A stretch of DNA of 64,000 bases. Source: Octopus vulgaris (Eukaryota). The notes below the pieces were generated by a model. The model saw nothing but the letters and a program-made list of their open reading frames with translations, did no database searches and had not been told where the DNA came from. Positions within the stretch are counted from its first letter, which is position 1, and every line of letters begins with the position of its first letter. The translations under genes were made by a program, and so were the position numbers. The stretch is taken from positions 147,436,001 through 147,500,000 of the forward strand of contig OX597814.1 of the NCBI GenBank assembly GCA_951406725.2. The letters run 5' to 3'. Positions 40,256 through 52,950 of this stretch are shown in pieces.

Positions 40256-40622
40256 AAGGAATTCCAACCTTGTCTGATTTTCACGTTTTATTTACAATCT
40301 TATTATGATTTGAGATAATATAATATAATAAAATAAAATAAAATAATAGAATGTTAAATGTTCATTCTGATTGAACTAGTACTTTCATGCATTAAATTCT
40401 TTCACAATTTTTGACTGTGTCAAAAATTGTGAAGCATGACTGTCATCACTACTACATGAACCTGAAGATTGCAGAATTTAATGCATGAAAGTACTAGTTC
40501 AATGAGAATGAAGATTTAACATTCTATTATTTTATTTTATTTTATTATATTATATTATATTATATTATATTATTATAAGATAGTAAATAAAACGTGAAAA
40601 TCAGACAAGGTTGGAATTCCTT
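40256..40622. repeat. ~370-bp fold-back (arms ~145-150 bp) with nested hairpin; Penelope-like pseudo-LTR inverted junction
   Basis: AAGGAATTCCAACCTTGTCTGATTTTCACGTTTTATTTAC...CATTAAATTCT (40256-40400) is inverted at 40473-40622. An inner hairpin reads TTCACAATTTTTGAC-TGT-GTCAAAAATTGTGAA (40401-40433). Confidence 0.9.
40457..40501 (+). ncRNA. Minimal type I hammerhead ribozyme of the Penelope-like-element kind
   Basis: TGAAC [CTGAAGA] T-TGCA-GAATTTAA-TGCA-T [GAA] AGTACT [A] GTTCA. Helix I is TGAAC/GTTCA, the core is canonical, helix III is the palindrome AGTACT, and the cleavage triplet is CUA. Confidence 0.7.
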
Positions 40623-40703
40623 TTATTAATATTTATATATACATATATATACACACACACACATATATATATAAACATATATTCACGCATATATATATAT
40701 GTC

Positions 40704-40750
<47 letters not shown>

Positions 40751-40773
40751 ATATATATATATATATATATATA

Positions 40774-41148
40774 CTAGCAGTATCGCCCGGCGTTGCTCAG
40801 GTTTGTAAGGGAAATAACTATAAAGCATTTTTAGAGAGTTATAGCCAAAAAATAGCAAAAAAATGGAAAAAAATGATGCTAAATTTTTTGAGATTTAAAA
40901 AAGGTGGAGTTGCGTCCCCTAGACAGTTTGTGGTTCGTGTTTCTGATTCTCGACCCCATGTCGAATTTATCGATTTTTCAGAACTGGGGAACTTTTCAAA
41001 ATTTTCACTGCGTTAGTTTTGAATTATGACATTGGGCTATGTGTGTGTCAAGTTTCATCAGAATCGGTTGAAAGCCGTGGTCAGGGTGAGGGTACAAGCA
41101 AACAGACACACAGAAACACGCACAGACAAACTGCCGTTTATATAGAGA
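40774..41148 (-). mobile_element. Non-autonomous Helitron (Lep1-like) inserted in (TA)n
   Basis: The minus strand starts TCTCTATATAAA followed by a (CTGT/TG)-rich tract. It ends with a GC-rich imperfect hairpin CCTGAGCAACGCCGGG and CTAG, between host A and T, with no TSD. Confidence 0.8.
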
Positions 41149-42294
41149 TATATATATATATATATATATATATTTAGTAGATAAAAAGTGGGAGATTACT
41201 TTTTAGGAATTGAAATGTTATGAAAGTAAAATGTTTAGGTATAAGAATGTTTTAAAATACTATACGAAGCAAAGTGAAAGTGAACTGTTTGAAAAACAGA
41301 GTAGGAAGAAAAATTAATGGGGCTAGTGGCATGAATTTTAATTGCTTAGTTAGATACGTGGAATGGTGTATGCAACCAATTCCTAATGCAATAAATATCG
41401 TAGAAACTCGACAAGCAGCCTCAATAATAATTAGTTTCGGAAAATATTCAGTTTTTGAAGTTTAGTCATAAAAAGTCATCCTTGTTAACTATGTTATGTT
41501 TCGCTATTATTAAACTTCATTTGCAAAGTAAAGTTAATTAACCTCGCTGGTTGAATTGTCAGTTGGCCGGTGTTCTTTTTTATTTTTTCCTTTTTTTTAT
41601 ATTCGTTGAAAGAATGATATGTGTATTTTTGGTCAAGTCTATTTGCATAATCTTCGATTTAGCTAAGCGAAATAGTTCATATGAGTCAACGATATAAACT
41701 TAGATCTTTCGCTGACGTAGTCGTGCTTTGAATTATGTATGCAAACAAATATTCATTGTGTACATAAATTTCATTCTTGGTTGTCGAAAGAATACTAAAA
41801 TCTAGCGGCAGTCGATCGTTACAACCAAAAAAATAATTTCAGATGAATTTCAGAACTAATTTAAATTTTTATATGTATGGGAAAATTTGATATGTGTTAC
41901 CTGGAAAGCTGCCAGCATAAGGGGAGGTTTCGATTTTGCTAGATATCATGAACATTGCTTCCTCCTCACAAGTACGAAAATTTCGATTTTCTTTTAAAAT
42001 ATTTTTACACTTATACTTGTTTCAATCATTGGATTGCAACCATGTGGGGGCATCACAATTAAAGGTTAGTCCTTGAATCGACCTCTGAGAATTTTGGCAG
42101 TCTGGTACGTTATTGTAAGGTTATATTTGGCTTAACCGCTCAATTACTAGGTCATAAACGAACCAATAACGTTTACTAAGTGGTTGAAGGAAAATTAGAA
42201 AGAAAGAAACGAACACGCACAAGAGCATACTAACGCACACACACACTGGTTTACATGTTACCAGTAGCGTTCGAGAGAAGCCTAACATACATGC

Positions 42295-42347
<53 letters not shown>

Positions 42348-42356
42348 TGTGTGTGT

Positions 42357-42660
42357 GGAGGCGCAATGGCCCAGTGGTTAGGGCAGCGGACTCGCGGTCG
42401 TAGGATCGCAGTTTCGATTCCCAGACCAGATGTTGTGTGTGTTTATTGAGCGAAAACACCTTAAAAGCTCCACGAGGCTCCGACAGGGGGTGGTGATCCC
42501 TGCTGTACTCTTTCACCACTCTTTCTCTCACTCTTTCATCTGTTGGTTTGCTCGCTTAGCCAGCGGGGTGGCGTCATTCAAAGGCTAAAACAATGCGAAC
42601 GCATTGTGACCAGCGGTGTGTAGCAACATCTGATGGTTTGGTCGGTTACATGATCAAGTG
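42357..42660 (+). mobile_element. tRNA(Arg-like)-derived SINE
   Basis: GGAGGCGCAATGGCCCAGTGGTTAGGGCAGCGGACTCGCGG...GTTTCGATTCCC carries A and B boxes, followed by a ~230-bp non-tRNA body. Confidence 0.75.
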
Positions 42661-43482
42661 ATATATATATATGTATATACATACATACAAACATACCGGA
42701 AGTCAACTCTTATGTGTGTGTGAGTGCGTGTACATGCAGGACGTTAATTCGTGAATGACTAAGACCACTTCCTAAACTCTAACTCGATGCGAACATTCTG
42801 AGAGTCCAAGAAATTCTCGTGCGTGCATAAGTTTTGAATGGATAAGATAATGCGCTACTTTTAATTCAGTTTTCAGTGCAATAAGCTTAGGACCAATGGC
42901 AAAGTAGAGGTTCATACGACCAAATTCACATCGTATTTTTGTCTATTTTTTGTTTACATATATAGATACATATTACATGTATATATGTATTTATGTCTCG
43001 TCGCTGAACTGTGCTAGCTATTGTAACTTGTAAGTCGATGCAGCACATAAGGTACTGGTCGTTGATGTCTAAACCGATTCTCTTATCTGGTGAAACAGAC
43101 TCGTAGTAACCAAGTACGCCCCAAATACAATACCTCTGAAAAATGACGAATGAATACAAAGGGAACTGAAATGTGATCTAGTAATTCTACAGAGCTGCAG
43201 AACGATTGTGCCGCAAGATCACACCTTATAATATATAAATATATATATATTGATAAAAATGGCAAGACAACAAAAGAAAGAAAGAGACCTTGATATTATA
43301 ATTGTCACATATTACATTTACATATATATATATATATATATATATCGTAATTTATATCTATAATTCTATTGGATTCTCTCCGATACGCTAACTTTGAATA
43401 TTATCTTTTTCAAGTCTGAAAGGTTATTGTAACCCATATCGTGTAGATAAACTTATTGCCTGTGTGCATGTTTGAGTAGGAG

Positions 43483-43603
<121 letters not shown>

Positions 43604-44690
43604 GCGATGTGCCTATGAGTAAGCATGTATGTGTGTGTGTGCGCATATGCATACATATTAAATTAGTTCAATTATTTTTAAAGCGAATCATGGCAGTGAG
43701 CTTGCAGAATCATCAGTATACAGGACAAAATGATTTAGCTGCATTTCGTTTGTCTTTACGTTCAGAATTCAATATTTCATTGAGGCCAGCTGTGACATTC
43801 ATCCTTTCGGGGAAGGTAAAATAAGTACTAGTTTACACTGAGATACATGTAATCGACTAACCATCCCTAAAATTGCTGGCCTTTTCTCAAAATTTGAAAT
43901 CAGCGTTTGAAAGCGAATTGAACAACAGTAAACCTAAGAGTTAAATTCATTTTCGTGTCGTCTATGTTTGTATTCTCAATGAAATTCGTGCCGTCTCCTG
44001 ATACAACTTTTACTTGACAGTGAATTAAATCAATGAAGTGGAGTTTTCTACTGGTGTTTACATACGAAAGCAAGTAGAAAGCCTCATAATTAGAACGAGG
44101 TGTGAAGCTAGTAAAATAGAGTTGTTGTAAGCATTTATTTTATTTTCAGGTAAGCATTTATTTTATTGGCGGCAGAAAACTTTAAAAGTGTCCAGTGATC
44201 CGCAAGCAAATTCAGGGTAGATGCAGAATGCTAGCAACTGGAGATACATAACGAAGTAAGGAATATAAAGAAACCTATTTACAGCTTCATGCCATTGTGA
44301 TATTGCTGATATTTCTAGGTTCTGTGCGTCAACACTCACCAAACACCGGGAGACAGAGATTGATATTTCTTAACTTTGTGTTATGAGCTTCTCTGTCATT
44401 TCTTGTGAAAATCGTTTCATAAAACAAAGACTGTATCGAAGTTATCTTGCAAACACGGATGTCACAGTAGATGGACTTTTGTTACGTGCAAAGCATTTAT
44501 CGACAGCAATTCATTAACCTAAACTCCTAAAGAACATCAAATAGATATATATATATCGTCCAGAGAAAAAGCTTCCTTTCGTAACTCTCTCAAAACATAT
44601 GGGATATTACCTTGCATCATTTCGTGAAGGATCATGATAGATTCTTCATCGAGTCGAGCGTATTCAATGCCAAAATTAAGGCCTGATAAA

Positions 44691-44883
44691 AGGCGGTGAG
44701 CTGACAGAATAGATCGCATGCCGCGCATGATGCTTAGCGGCATTTCGTCTGTCTTAACGTCATGAATTCAAATTCCGCCGAGGTTGACTTTGCTTTTTAT
44801 CCTTTTGGCGTCCATAAAATAAGTACTAGTTGAGAGCTGGAGGTCAATGTTGCTGGCCTTGTGCCAAAATTTGAAACCAATAT
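44691..44883 (+). mobile_element. Nin/Deu-domain SINE copy
   Basis: AGGCGGTGAGCTGACAGAAT...AATTCAAATTCCGCCGAGGTTGACTTTGC...ATAAAATAAGTAC...GTGCCAAAATTTGAAACC. More decayed copies lie near 3075, 22255, 43730, 50840 and 50990. Confidence 0.8.
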
Positions 44884-45632
44884 TACGGGCTGATGTGAAT
44901 ATGTTTAAAAACTCTCAAATGAGATAAATTTTTCGTAAATGCTAAAATATATTTGTTACCATTAAATAAGTATCATTTCAGAAATAATCACGTACGAGAT
45001 TAAAGAACTGGTAGGATCAGAAAACGAGTAAATATGAACATTCGGTATGAAAATGTGTGACATCTTTAAATGCTCATAAGCATACAAGACGGTAGATAGT
45101 TTTGCTCATTATTGCGGTTGCTAAAGTGTCATGCTGGTAAAGGATTGCTACTGTTATTGCAGTTGTTGATATGAGATAAGTAAGTGTTCTTGCAAACAGA
45201 AGTGTTGTTTTGTTGACTATAAAATTTCAATTTCAGTGATTTCTAATTAACTGGAAACATCTGCAATGAAGGAAAAAACCCGCTAAGATTAGAAAAGAGA
45301 ACAAAAATGCTAAAAAATTTATACGACAAAAGTAGTATCAACAACAAATAACACAACATCAGCAACGCCAAGACTTGGGATTAGAGGTCACACGTTTTCC
45401 CACATAGTAACATACTATCTCTAACAGAGTTCGAGAAAAAATAATTCCAAATTACACATTCGAAACAGTAGCTTGAAAGGAAACATCTGCTTGCAAATAA
45501 ACGAACAAAACAAATGTAAAGATATTGAAGTGAGATACACAATGGAGGAATGATAATGTCATTAATCGTTAATTGCATTTTTAGTTATTATTTTCTATCT
45601 ATTTATTATTATTATTATTATTAATATTATTA

Positions 45633-48600
45633 CTTTTTTTTTCTTCTTTCAAATTTGCTTCCATTTCTTGCCAAGTGTCTTCCTGACTCCTAGGGCAAAG
45701 AAACTCATAGTATACATTGGTAGGCCATTAAACCAAACTCAATAGTTCGTTCATTTTTTTTTTTAAGTTAAATTAAAATACATGAGCAGCAACAGTTCTC
45801 ACATCGACAATGCTCTTCTCAATACGTGTGAGGTACCAGTTAAGACAATCTTTTGCACTTCTTGCAGGGATGGTAAGCCAGGGATCATTCTCATATAATT
45901 TTCCGTTCCCTTCTTGATCATTCCTAGTGCTCCTACGATCACTGGTATTGTAACCGCCTTGAGATGCCACATTTTCTCAATTTCAATGAGTAGGTCTTTA
46001 TATTTTCTGAGCTTGTCAAACTCTTTCGCTGAGATATTATGATCACAGGGGATGCTCATGTCGATCAATAAGCAAACTTTATTGTTTTGGTCTTTCACAA
46101 CAATATCTGGTTTATTGGCCTTGATGGTTCGGTCTGTATGTACTGGAAAGTCCCACAGAATGGTTACATTTTCTCCTTCCGTTACAGCCTCAGGGTGGTG
46201 GTTATACCACTTGTCGGCAGTTTTGATATTGTAATGCCGACTTATTAGCCAGTGGAGATATTGGCCAACACTGTCATGTCTTAATTTATACTCCACTGGT
46301 GCTAAGACTTTACATCCAGAGATTAGGTGGTCCACTGTTTCAATCATGTCGTTGCAGAATCGGCATTTTGGGTCTGCTCCATTTTTCATCACATTGGCCT
46401 GGTAGTTCCGGGTTAATAGGCTTTGATCTTGAGCAGCCAGGATGAAACCTTCGCTCTCTGCTTTTAGCCCTGAGCTCCGTAGCCACTGATGGGTTTGCTT
46501 CTGGTCAACATCAGCTTGTTTGCTGCGGGTCACATATTTACCGTGCAGAGGTTTCTCCTCCCACCTATCAGCCAATTGCTCGTGCGCTTTTTTCGTTGCC
46601 ATTATTTTCACCTTCTTTGCAACAATAGTTGCCGTACAGTTTGGGTATCCTGTTCAGTTTGGGTATCCTGCACGAGATCAATAGCAAATTTTTTGCTTTC
46701 CTTTATGATAGAATGAAGCTTCTTTCGTCTCTCATGATTTTCCACGAGCTTTAGCATCCAGTCATTCGATATTTCGAGATATTTGGCCAGTCCAATTGTG
46801 GTTGTTTTGTAAGCTAGTTCAAATTGGATCAGGCCTCGACCTCCTTGGGCTCTGGGAAGGTAAAGGCGATCTACGTCTGCCTTTGGGTTGTGCATCCTAT
46901 TACAACTCAGCAGCTTGCGTATTTTCCTATCTATATTCTTTACTTCACTCATATTCCAGTTCAACACATTGTAGCTATAAGTAACAACTGGAACTGCTAA
47001 GGAATTTATAGCTAACACCTTGTTACGTGCATTTAGTTCAGATTTCAGGACTGCACGAACTCTCCTATAACATTCCTTCCTGATCTTCTCTTTCATGCTT
47101 GCATGCTGAATACCAGAGCCTTCATTTATCCCTAAATATTTGTATGTTTGTTCTTGCTCAAGCTCTCTTATGACTGTGTCAACATCTAACACGACTGAAT
47201 TTGTCGTTTTCACTTTCCCTTTCTGGAAAGTGGCCTTGGCACACTTCTCAAGTCCAAACTCCATCCCGATGTCATCGCTGAATGCTTTCACAGTGCGCAA
47301 TAGGCATTCAAGTTCATTATTGTCTTTACCATAAAGTTTTAAGTCATCCATATAAAATAGATGGCTTATTTTTTTATTGGCAATTTTATACCCATACCCT
47401 GTTCTGTTTAATTCACTTGTAAGGGGTATTAGGGCTATGCAGAATATTAAAGGTGAAAGTGAGTCACCTTGAAAAATTCCACAGTTGATATTTATATTTT
47501 CTGAGGCAAGTACTCCATTAGAGTGGTATAATTGGAGATTCGTATTCCACAAGGACATATTGTGCTTCAGGAAGTTTGAAATCCCAGGGGAAATTTTGAA
47601 GATGTCCAGCGATCTCAAGATCCATGGATGCGGTATACTGTCGAAGGCCTTTTTATAGTCAATCCATGCGGTGCTGAGATTTCTGCGCTTGTTGTGACAG
47701 TTCTCAAGGATCATACGATTGATTAGCAGTTGATCTTTGCATCCGTAAGAGCCTCGGCGGCACCCTTTTTGTTCAATGGGTAAAATATCGTTCTTCTCCA
47801 TGAATGCCTATGTTTTCTCCGCCAGGATAGATGTTAGGATTTTATACGTGGTGGATAGACAGGTTATAGGCCGATAGTTTTTTGGAAGGTTGGTTTCGTT
47901 ATTCTTTGGGAGTAGGTAAGTAATGCCACTTGCTAACCATTCAGGTGTTTTCTTTGGGTCTCTCATAATTCCATTGAGCAGCTGAACTAGCTTACCGTGT
48001 GCGCATGGGAGCGATGCGAGCCAGAAATTCGGCACCCTATCTTTACAGGGGGATTTCCAATTATGGGCCTTCGTGAGTGCCTTTCTTAGGTCTGCTATTG
48101 TGATGTCTTCCCATGCTTGTTGTTGTAGATTTTGGTAGGATCCTTTAGTTCGTATAATCCAGTCTGCATTTATGTAGTACGTCTTCTTGTCACTCCAAAT
48201 CCTTTTCCAAAAGTTTTGAACTTCTTCCATGGGAGGGGGTCTTTAACGGTTACTTTCTCCTTCCCTATTTCTCTGTACAATTTTTTGGCATTGGATGTGA
48301 ACAGCTTATTTTGCTTGTAAAACTTGTTTCTCTTCTCAAATCTTCGTATTCTTTGGGCTTTTGCTTGGACTTTTTGTTTCAGCGTTTCTTTTATTGATAT
48401 CAGTTCTTCTCTTGGTGAGGATCCAAATTTTCTCTTCATCTTTCTTCCTGTTCTGGATCTTACATCATTTCCACATATTAGTTCATTAAATATTGAAATT
48501 TCCCCTCTCATAAATTCAATCTCTTTTTCAATTTTACTTCTCCAGGTTTGATTTCTTCCCAGGTTTGGTTTTCTTTGTTTTTTCGGGGGCATACAGCTGG

Positions 48601-49333
48601 TTTCAATTGCCCTAGCAGAAGCGTAAATAATTTCATTTAACTCAGTAAAATCAGGTTTTAATTCTCGTATTATTTCATTTGTTACATAGTTGCCAATTTG
48701 GATTTGTTTTTTATTTTGGTTTGTATTTGAGAGTTTATGAAGTGGTTCTCTATCATTCATACTCGTATGTCTTACAACTTCAAGCGTAATCAGGATTTTC
48801 TGCCTCATTTCTGCCATAGACTCTCTGTGTTCTTCAGCAAATGCGAAATCTTCAGTTACTGTTGTTTTTTCGTTTTCCTGGCTATCTTTAACAGGTACAA
48901 TAGAATTTCTTGTATCTTCATGTCTTTGCGTATTTTGGTCAGATGGCAGTCTTTCAATTAAGCCTCGTGGCGGGCTATACTGTTCATCTGATTCTTCATT
49001 TCCTTTGTGTCTTATATTTATGTCATTTTCCGTTGCGTGCTTGATCGCGCTTATTTCACTGTCTGTGAGTCTGTTATTTCTAAGGATATCCCTCTTCACA
49101 TTTGCTAATTTGTTCTCGTCCAAATAGGGCCTACTGTCTTGATTCCGTGTTCTCCATATACTGTAAGAGTTTGCGGTGTGTCTCTCTTGAGATGGCCTAC
49201 CTAATGCATAGTAATAAGCGTATATTACTTCTTTATACTCTTCTCGGGTCCATTTGTTCCGCTTACATTTTTCTTTCTGTGGTGGTTGTGGTGGTGAACT
49301 TGGAGGGCTCGATTTGGGGGATTTCCCGTTCAA
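45633..49333 (-). mobile_element. Near-full-length R4/Dong-clade non-LTR retrotransposon inserted in (TAA)n
   Basis: A single long coding region plus a ~165-bp 3' UTR, with (ATT)n on both sides (45603-45632 and 49351-49493). Confidence 0.95.
45799..49333 (-). pseudogene. R4/Dong ORF (~1180 aa): N-terminal KWTxEE motif, reverse transcriptase, CCHC zinc knuckle, restriction-like endonuclease; two frameshifts and one in-frame TAG
   Basis: The pieces 48170-49333, 47808-48230, 46608-47801 and 45799-46611 join up. Motifs: NYRPITCL, IDYKKAFDS, GIFQGDSLSP, YMDDLK, YKYLG, GGRGL, CRFC-x7-HLISGC, RHD, KPDIV...IDMSIP...KLRKY. Lesions are at ~48235, 47808-47810 and ~46635. Confidence 0.95.
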
Positions 49334-49349
49334 CGTTCTATCTTACACC

Positions 49350-49493
<144 letters not shown>

Positions 49494-49561
49494 GTTCATT
49501 AGCATCATCTTTCTATTCTGTTTCCATTTCTTGCCGAGTGTCTTCCTGACACCAAGGGCAG
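49494..49561 (-). mobile_element. ~68-bp extreme 3'-end stub of a Dong-like element between ATT tracts
   Basis: The minus strand reads CTGCCCTTGGTGTCAGGAAGACACTCGGCAAGAAATGGAAACAGAATAGAAAGATGATGCTAATGAAC, closely matching 24509-24573. Confidence 0.85.
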
Positions 49562-49916
49562 ATTATTATTATTATTGTTGTTGTTGTTGTTCTTTTTTTT
49601 ATCACAGGTTTTGTTGGAACTCCGGGAGTCTTGCATGCGGAGTAGACTTACTGCTTTCTGAGCATTAAGTTCGATATAATTGACTAGAAACCCCCGGAAA
49701 ATATCTTGTGCCTGTAGTAAAAAGTATTAACATTGTTGTTCTAATTTTTATGTAGTTCTATATTTGTTATTGTGTGGTTGAACCTCTCTAAGGAGCACAG
49801 CTACGGGGGATTTTGAAAATATGCAATGATCTTTTATTTTGTGATTTATTGAATTGATTTTGCTCCACGAAATATAGGTGCACTACGTAGCTGTGATATT
49901 TTCTGTAATTTGTATA

Positions 49917-50567
49917 TATGTGGTCTGATCAATAAGTAGCCAGACTGTTGCTATAGTAACGAAGCTAAAGCATGCTAAGGGTTGACCTTGAACTCTGCTA
50001 TGCATGTGCACTAACATTTAACGTTCTATCTTACACCTATTGTTTACAGCAGTGCTTGGAAGGAAGATGTATAGCGTGTGGTCGTCGTATTGAACGTGAG
50101 AGAGAAAGTTGAGCAGAGATCTGCATCAAATTTTGTCAAAAGCTTGGCGATACCTGCTCAGAGACCTACGTAAAGTTTCCATAAAGTTTTAAATGTTCTC
50201 GACAGAGTCAAGGAGATATTGTACAACTGAAACCCGAGTGTCTTTTTGACCAGCTGAAAGCAGTTTTGGCACAAACTTGGCAGACACACGTCTCGTACCC
50301 AAATCTTCAGTGATAATGGACTGAACTGAACCGTAACTAATCTGCACATCCTCTAATAACTCACGGATGGCGATTTGCCAATTCCCCTCACGGCTGCACA
50401 CACATCTGCAATGTTGTTCTCATTACTGCTGGTTGCATGCCTCCCAGTACGTTCGTCAATATCGACATTTTTTTCGGCTATCTTGAAAACGTCTGAACCA
50501 CTCGTGCAGGCGACTTCACTCTGCGTACTTAAACTTCATTTCTATGGCAATAGTCCGGGTACTTATT
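49917..50567. mobile_element. Rearranged mariner relic with transposase fragments in opposite orientations
   Basis: Inverted ends AATAAGTAGCCAGACTGTTGCTATAG / CTATGGCAATAGTCCGGGTACTTATT. The + strand gives EKVEQR.CIKFCQKLGDTCSETY (50103-50170). The - strand gives EWFRRFQD...IRELLEDVQISYGSVQSIITEDLGTRRVSAKFVPKLLS (50505-50190). Confidence 0.85.
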
Positions 50568-51859
50568 TGCAATTACTGGCGACACATCTGCAATGTTTGT
50601 CTCTATTTCCAGCCACTTCCGCATTAGGAGCATTTCTTTATATTTGGATTTTCTCTACATGTTTCAACATGAGTTATATTACCGCCTCTTAGTGTTGATA
50701 TGTCGACGTTCATTTTCTCGAAGCTCCTTGGCTACAGTATGTATTGGAATAGGATTGATCTTCCAGAATATGACCATTTTATCCATTCGCTGAGTTATAT
50801 TTTTTTTCAGATACATACGCATCCTCTTTTCTAGGAGTGGTACAGTTTTATCGGAACGATGAAATGCAAAGTTGTCTGTGACAGGATTTGAATTTATCTA
50901 CAGATAGTCGGTAGAAATACCACAAGGCATTCCATCCCAGACATTAACAACTGTGCCAATTCACCACCCCTTTTTGCCTTAAATTGTTTTATATTTTGGC
51001 ACAAGTCTAGCAATCGTATATGAGGGTAGTAAATGATATCGACCCTAGTTCTTGATTGGTATTTTATTTTATCGACCCCGAAAAAAAAAATGAAAGGTAA
51101 AGTTTTTTTTTTACGTTATTTCAATTCAGAATGTAAAGTAACGTGCCGCAGGAAACGCCTCTGAAGATTCTGCAGCTCGCCGTCTCTTTTACTTAATTAA
51201 TGCAGTCATTATATTCAAATTAAGGAGCGTTCTAGAAACAGCGAAAGTTTACTAATGATATATTTTTTTCAGTTTCGTTCAACATGCATCGACTATATCT
51301 AAATTTAGCCAATGCCTTAAATTATTGGCCAGGGCATTGTCAAATCAATATAGAAGAAAACCTTGTCACCCCACGAAAATCTGTTTATATTATCCGTAGA
51401 GAGAGCAAAGTGAATCTAACAAAGGTCCCTTTAATGTTTACAATAACTGAATAACCTAGTAATTAAACAGTTTACAAGTTCTATTAGTGTAATCTAAAGT
51501 TGTTATTGGTTACACTAAGAAAGGACCAAATAAACGAAATTGCTTACCGTCCATACGTTAAGTAGATATAGCTTTCTTTCTTAATTTTTCATTCGTTTTC
51601 TTCTCCATTATTTATTTATTTCTTTTACTGTAGTTTTGTTTTGTAGTCAGTCATATCAGTTTTGGCTTTATTTCACTATCGGCGTAATTATGGAATGCAC
51701 TGATATTTCTAGTTCACAAGTTAAACTAAAAACGTCGATACAACACAAGAGCCCCGAGGAAGATGAATTAAAAAAAACAGTAAAAATAGAAAAAAACACA
51801 AATCTCGGAAAATTATATGATTATACCATAGTGGACGTGTGCATAAGTACATACGTGTG

Positions 51860-52338
<479 letters not shown>

Positions 52339-52916
52339 CAGGCTAAGGAGAAAGGGAAAATACCACACGTGCGTTCGTTTATGTGAATTGAAACTCCGCT
52401 TGTTCTCTTGCACTGAATCTATAGAATTTTTCACAAAACATCAGAGTAAGCATTAATGTCAAAACGTCGCAATTAAAGTAGAATATTACAATTGCATCAA
52501 TATATTTTATGAAATACATACACTGACATTAGTTTATTGATAGAAGCACACACATATACCTATTCATATAAGTACAAATAAATGTAAGTTTGTGTTACTG
52601 TTTGTATGTATATGTATGTGCATAGAAGCATGTATACATACATACAAGCATATATATATATGCGTAATCCTTTATGCGATATCGTGTACAGTTGAATGTA
52701 TAACACAAACATGCACAGTATCTACACTCGATTTTATGATGTATCTCTCATTTTATGATGTATCTTGCATGCAGCCATGCAAGCATCCTTATAAATTATA
52801 TTGTATTGAAAACATGATGTGAATACTGAGCGCAGTAAGCATGCAATTCCCACACAGACATTGATAGAATAAAGGTTAATGGGATAAAAATACTCTCAAG
52901 TATATGCGTGTGTATA

Positions 52917-52950
<34 letters not shown>

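Noticed and set aside
42357-42430. tRNA gene
   Set aside because: A and B boxes are present, but there is no proper acceptor stem and it runs into a SINE body, so it is a SINE head.
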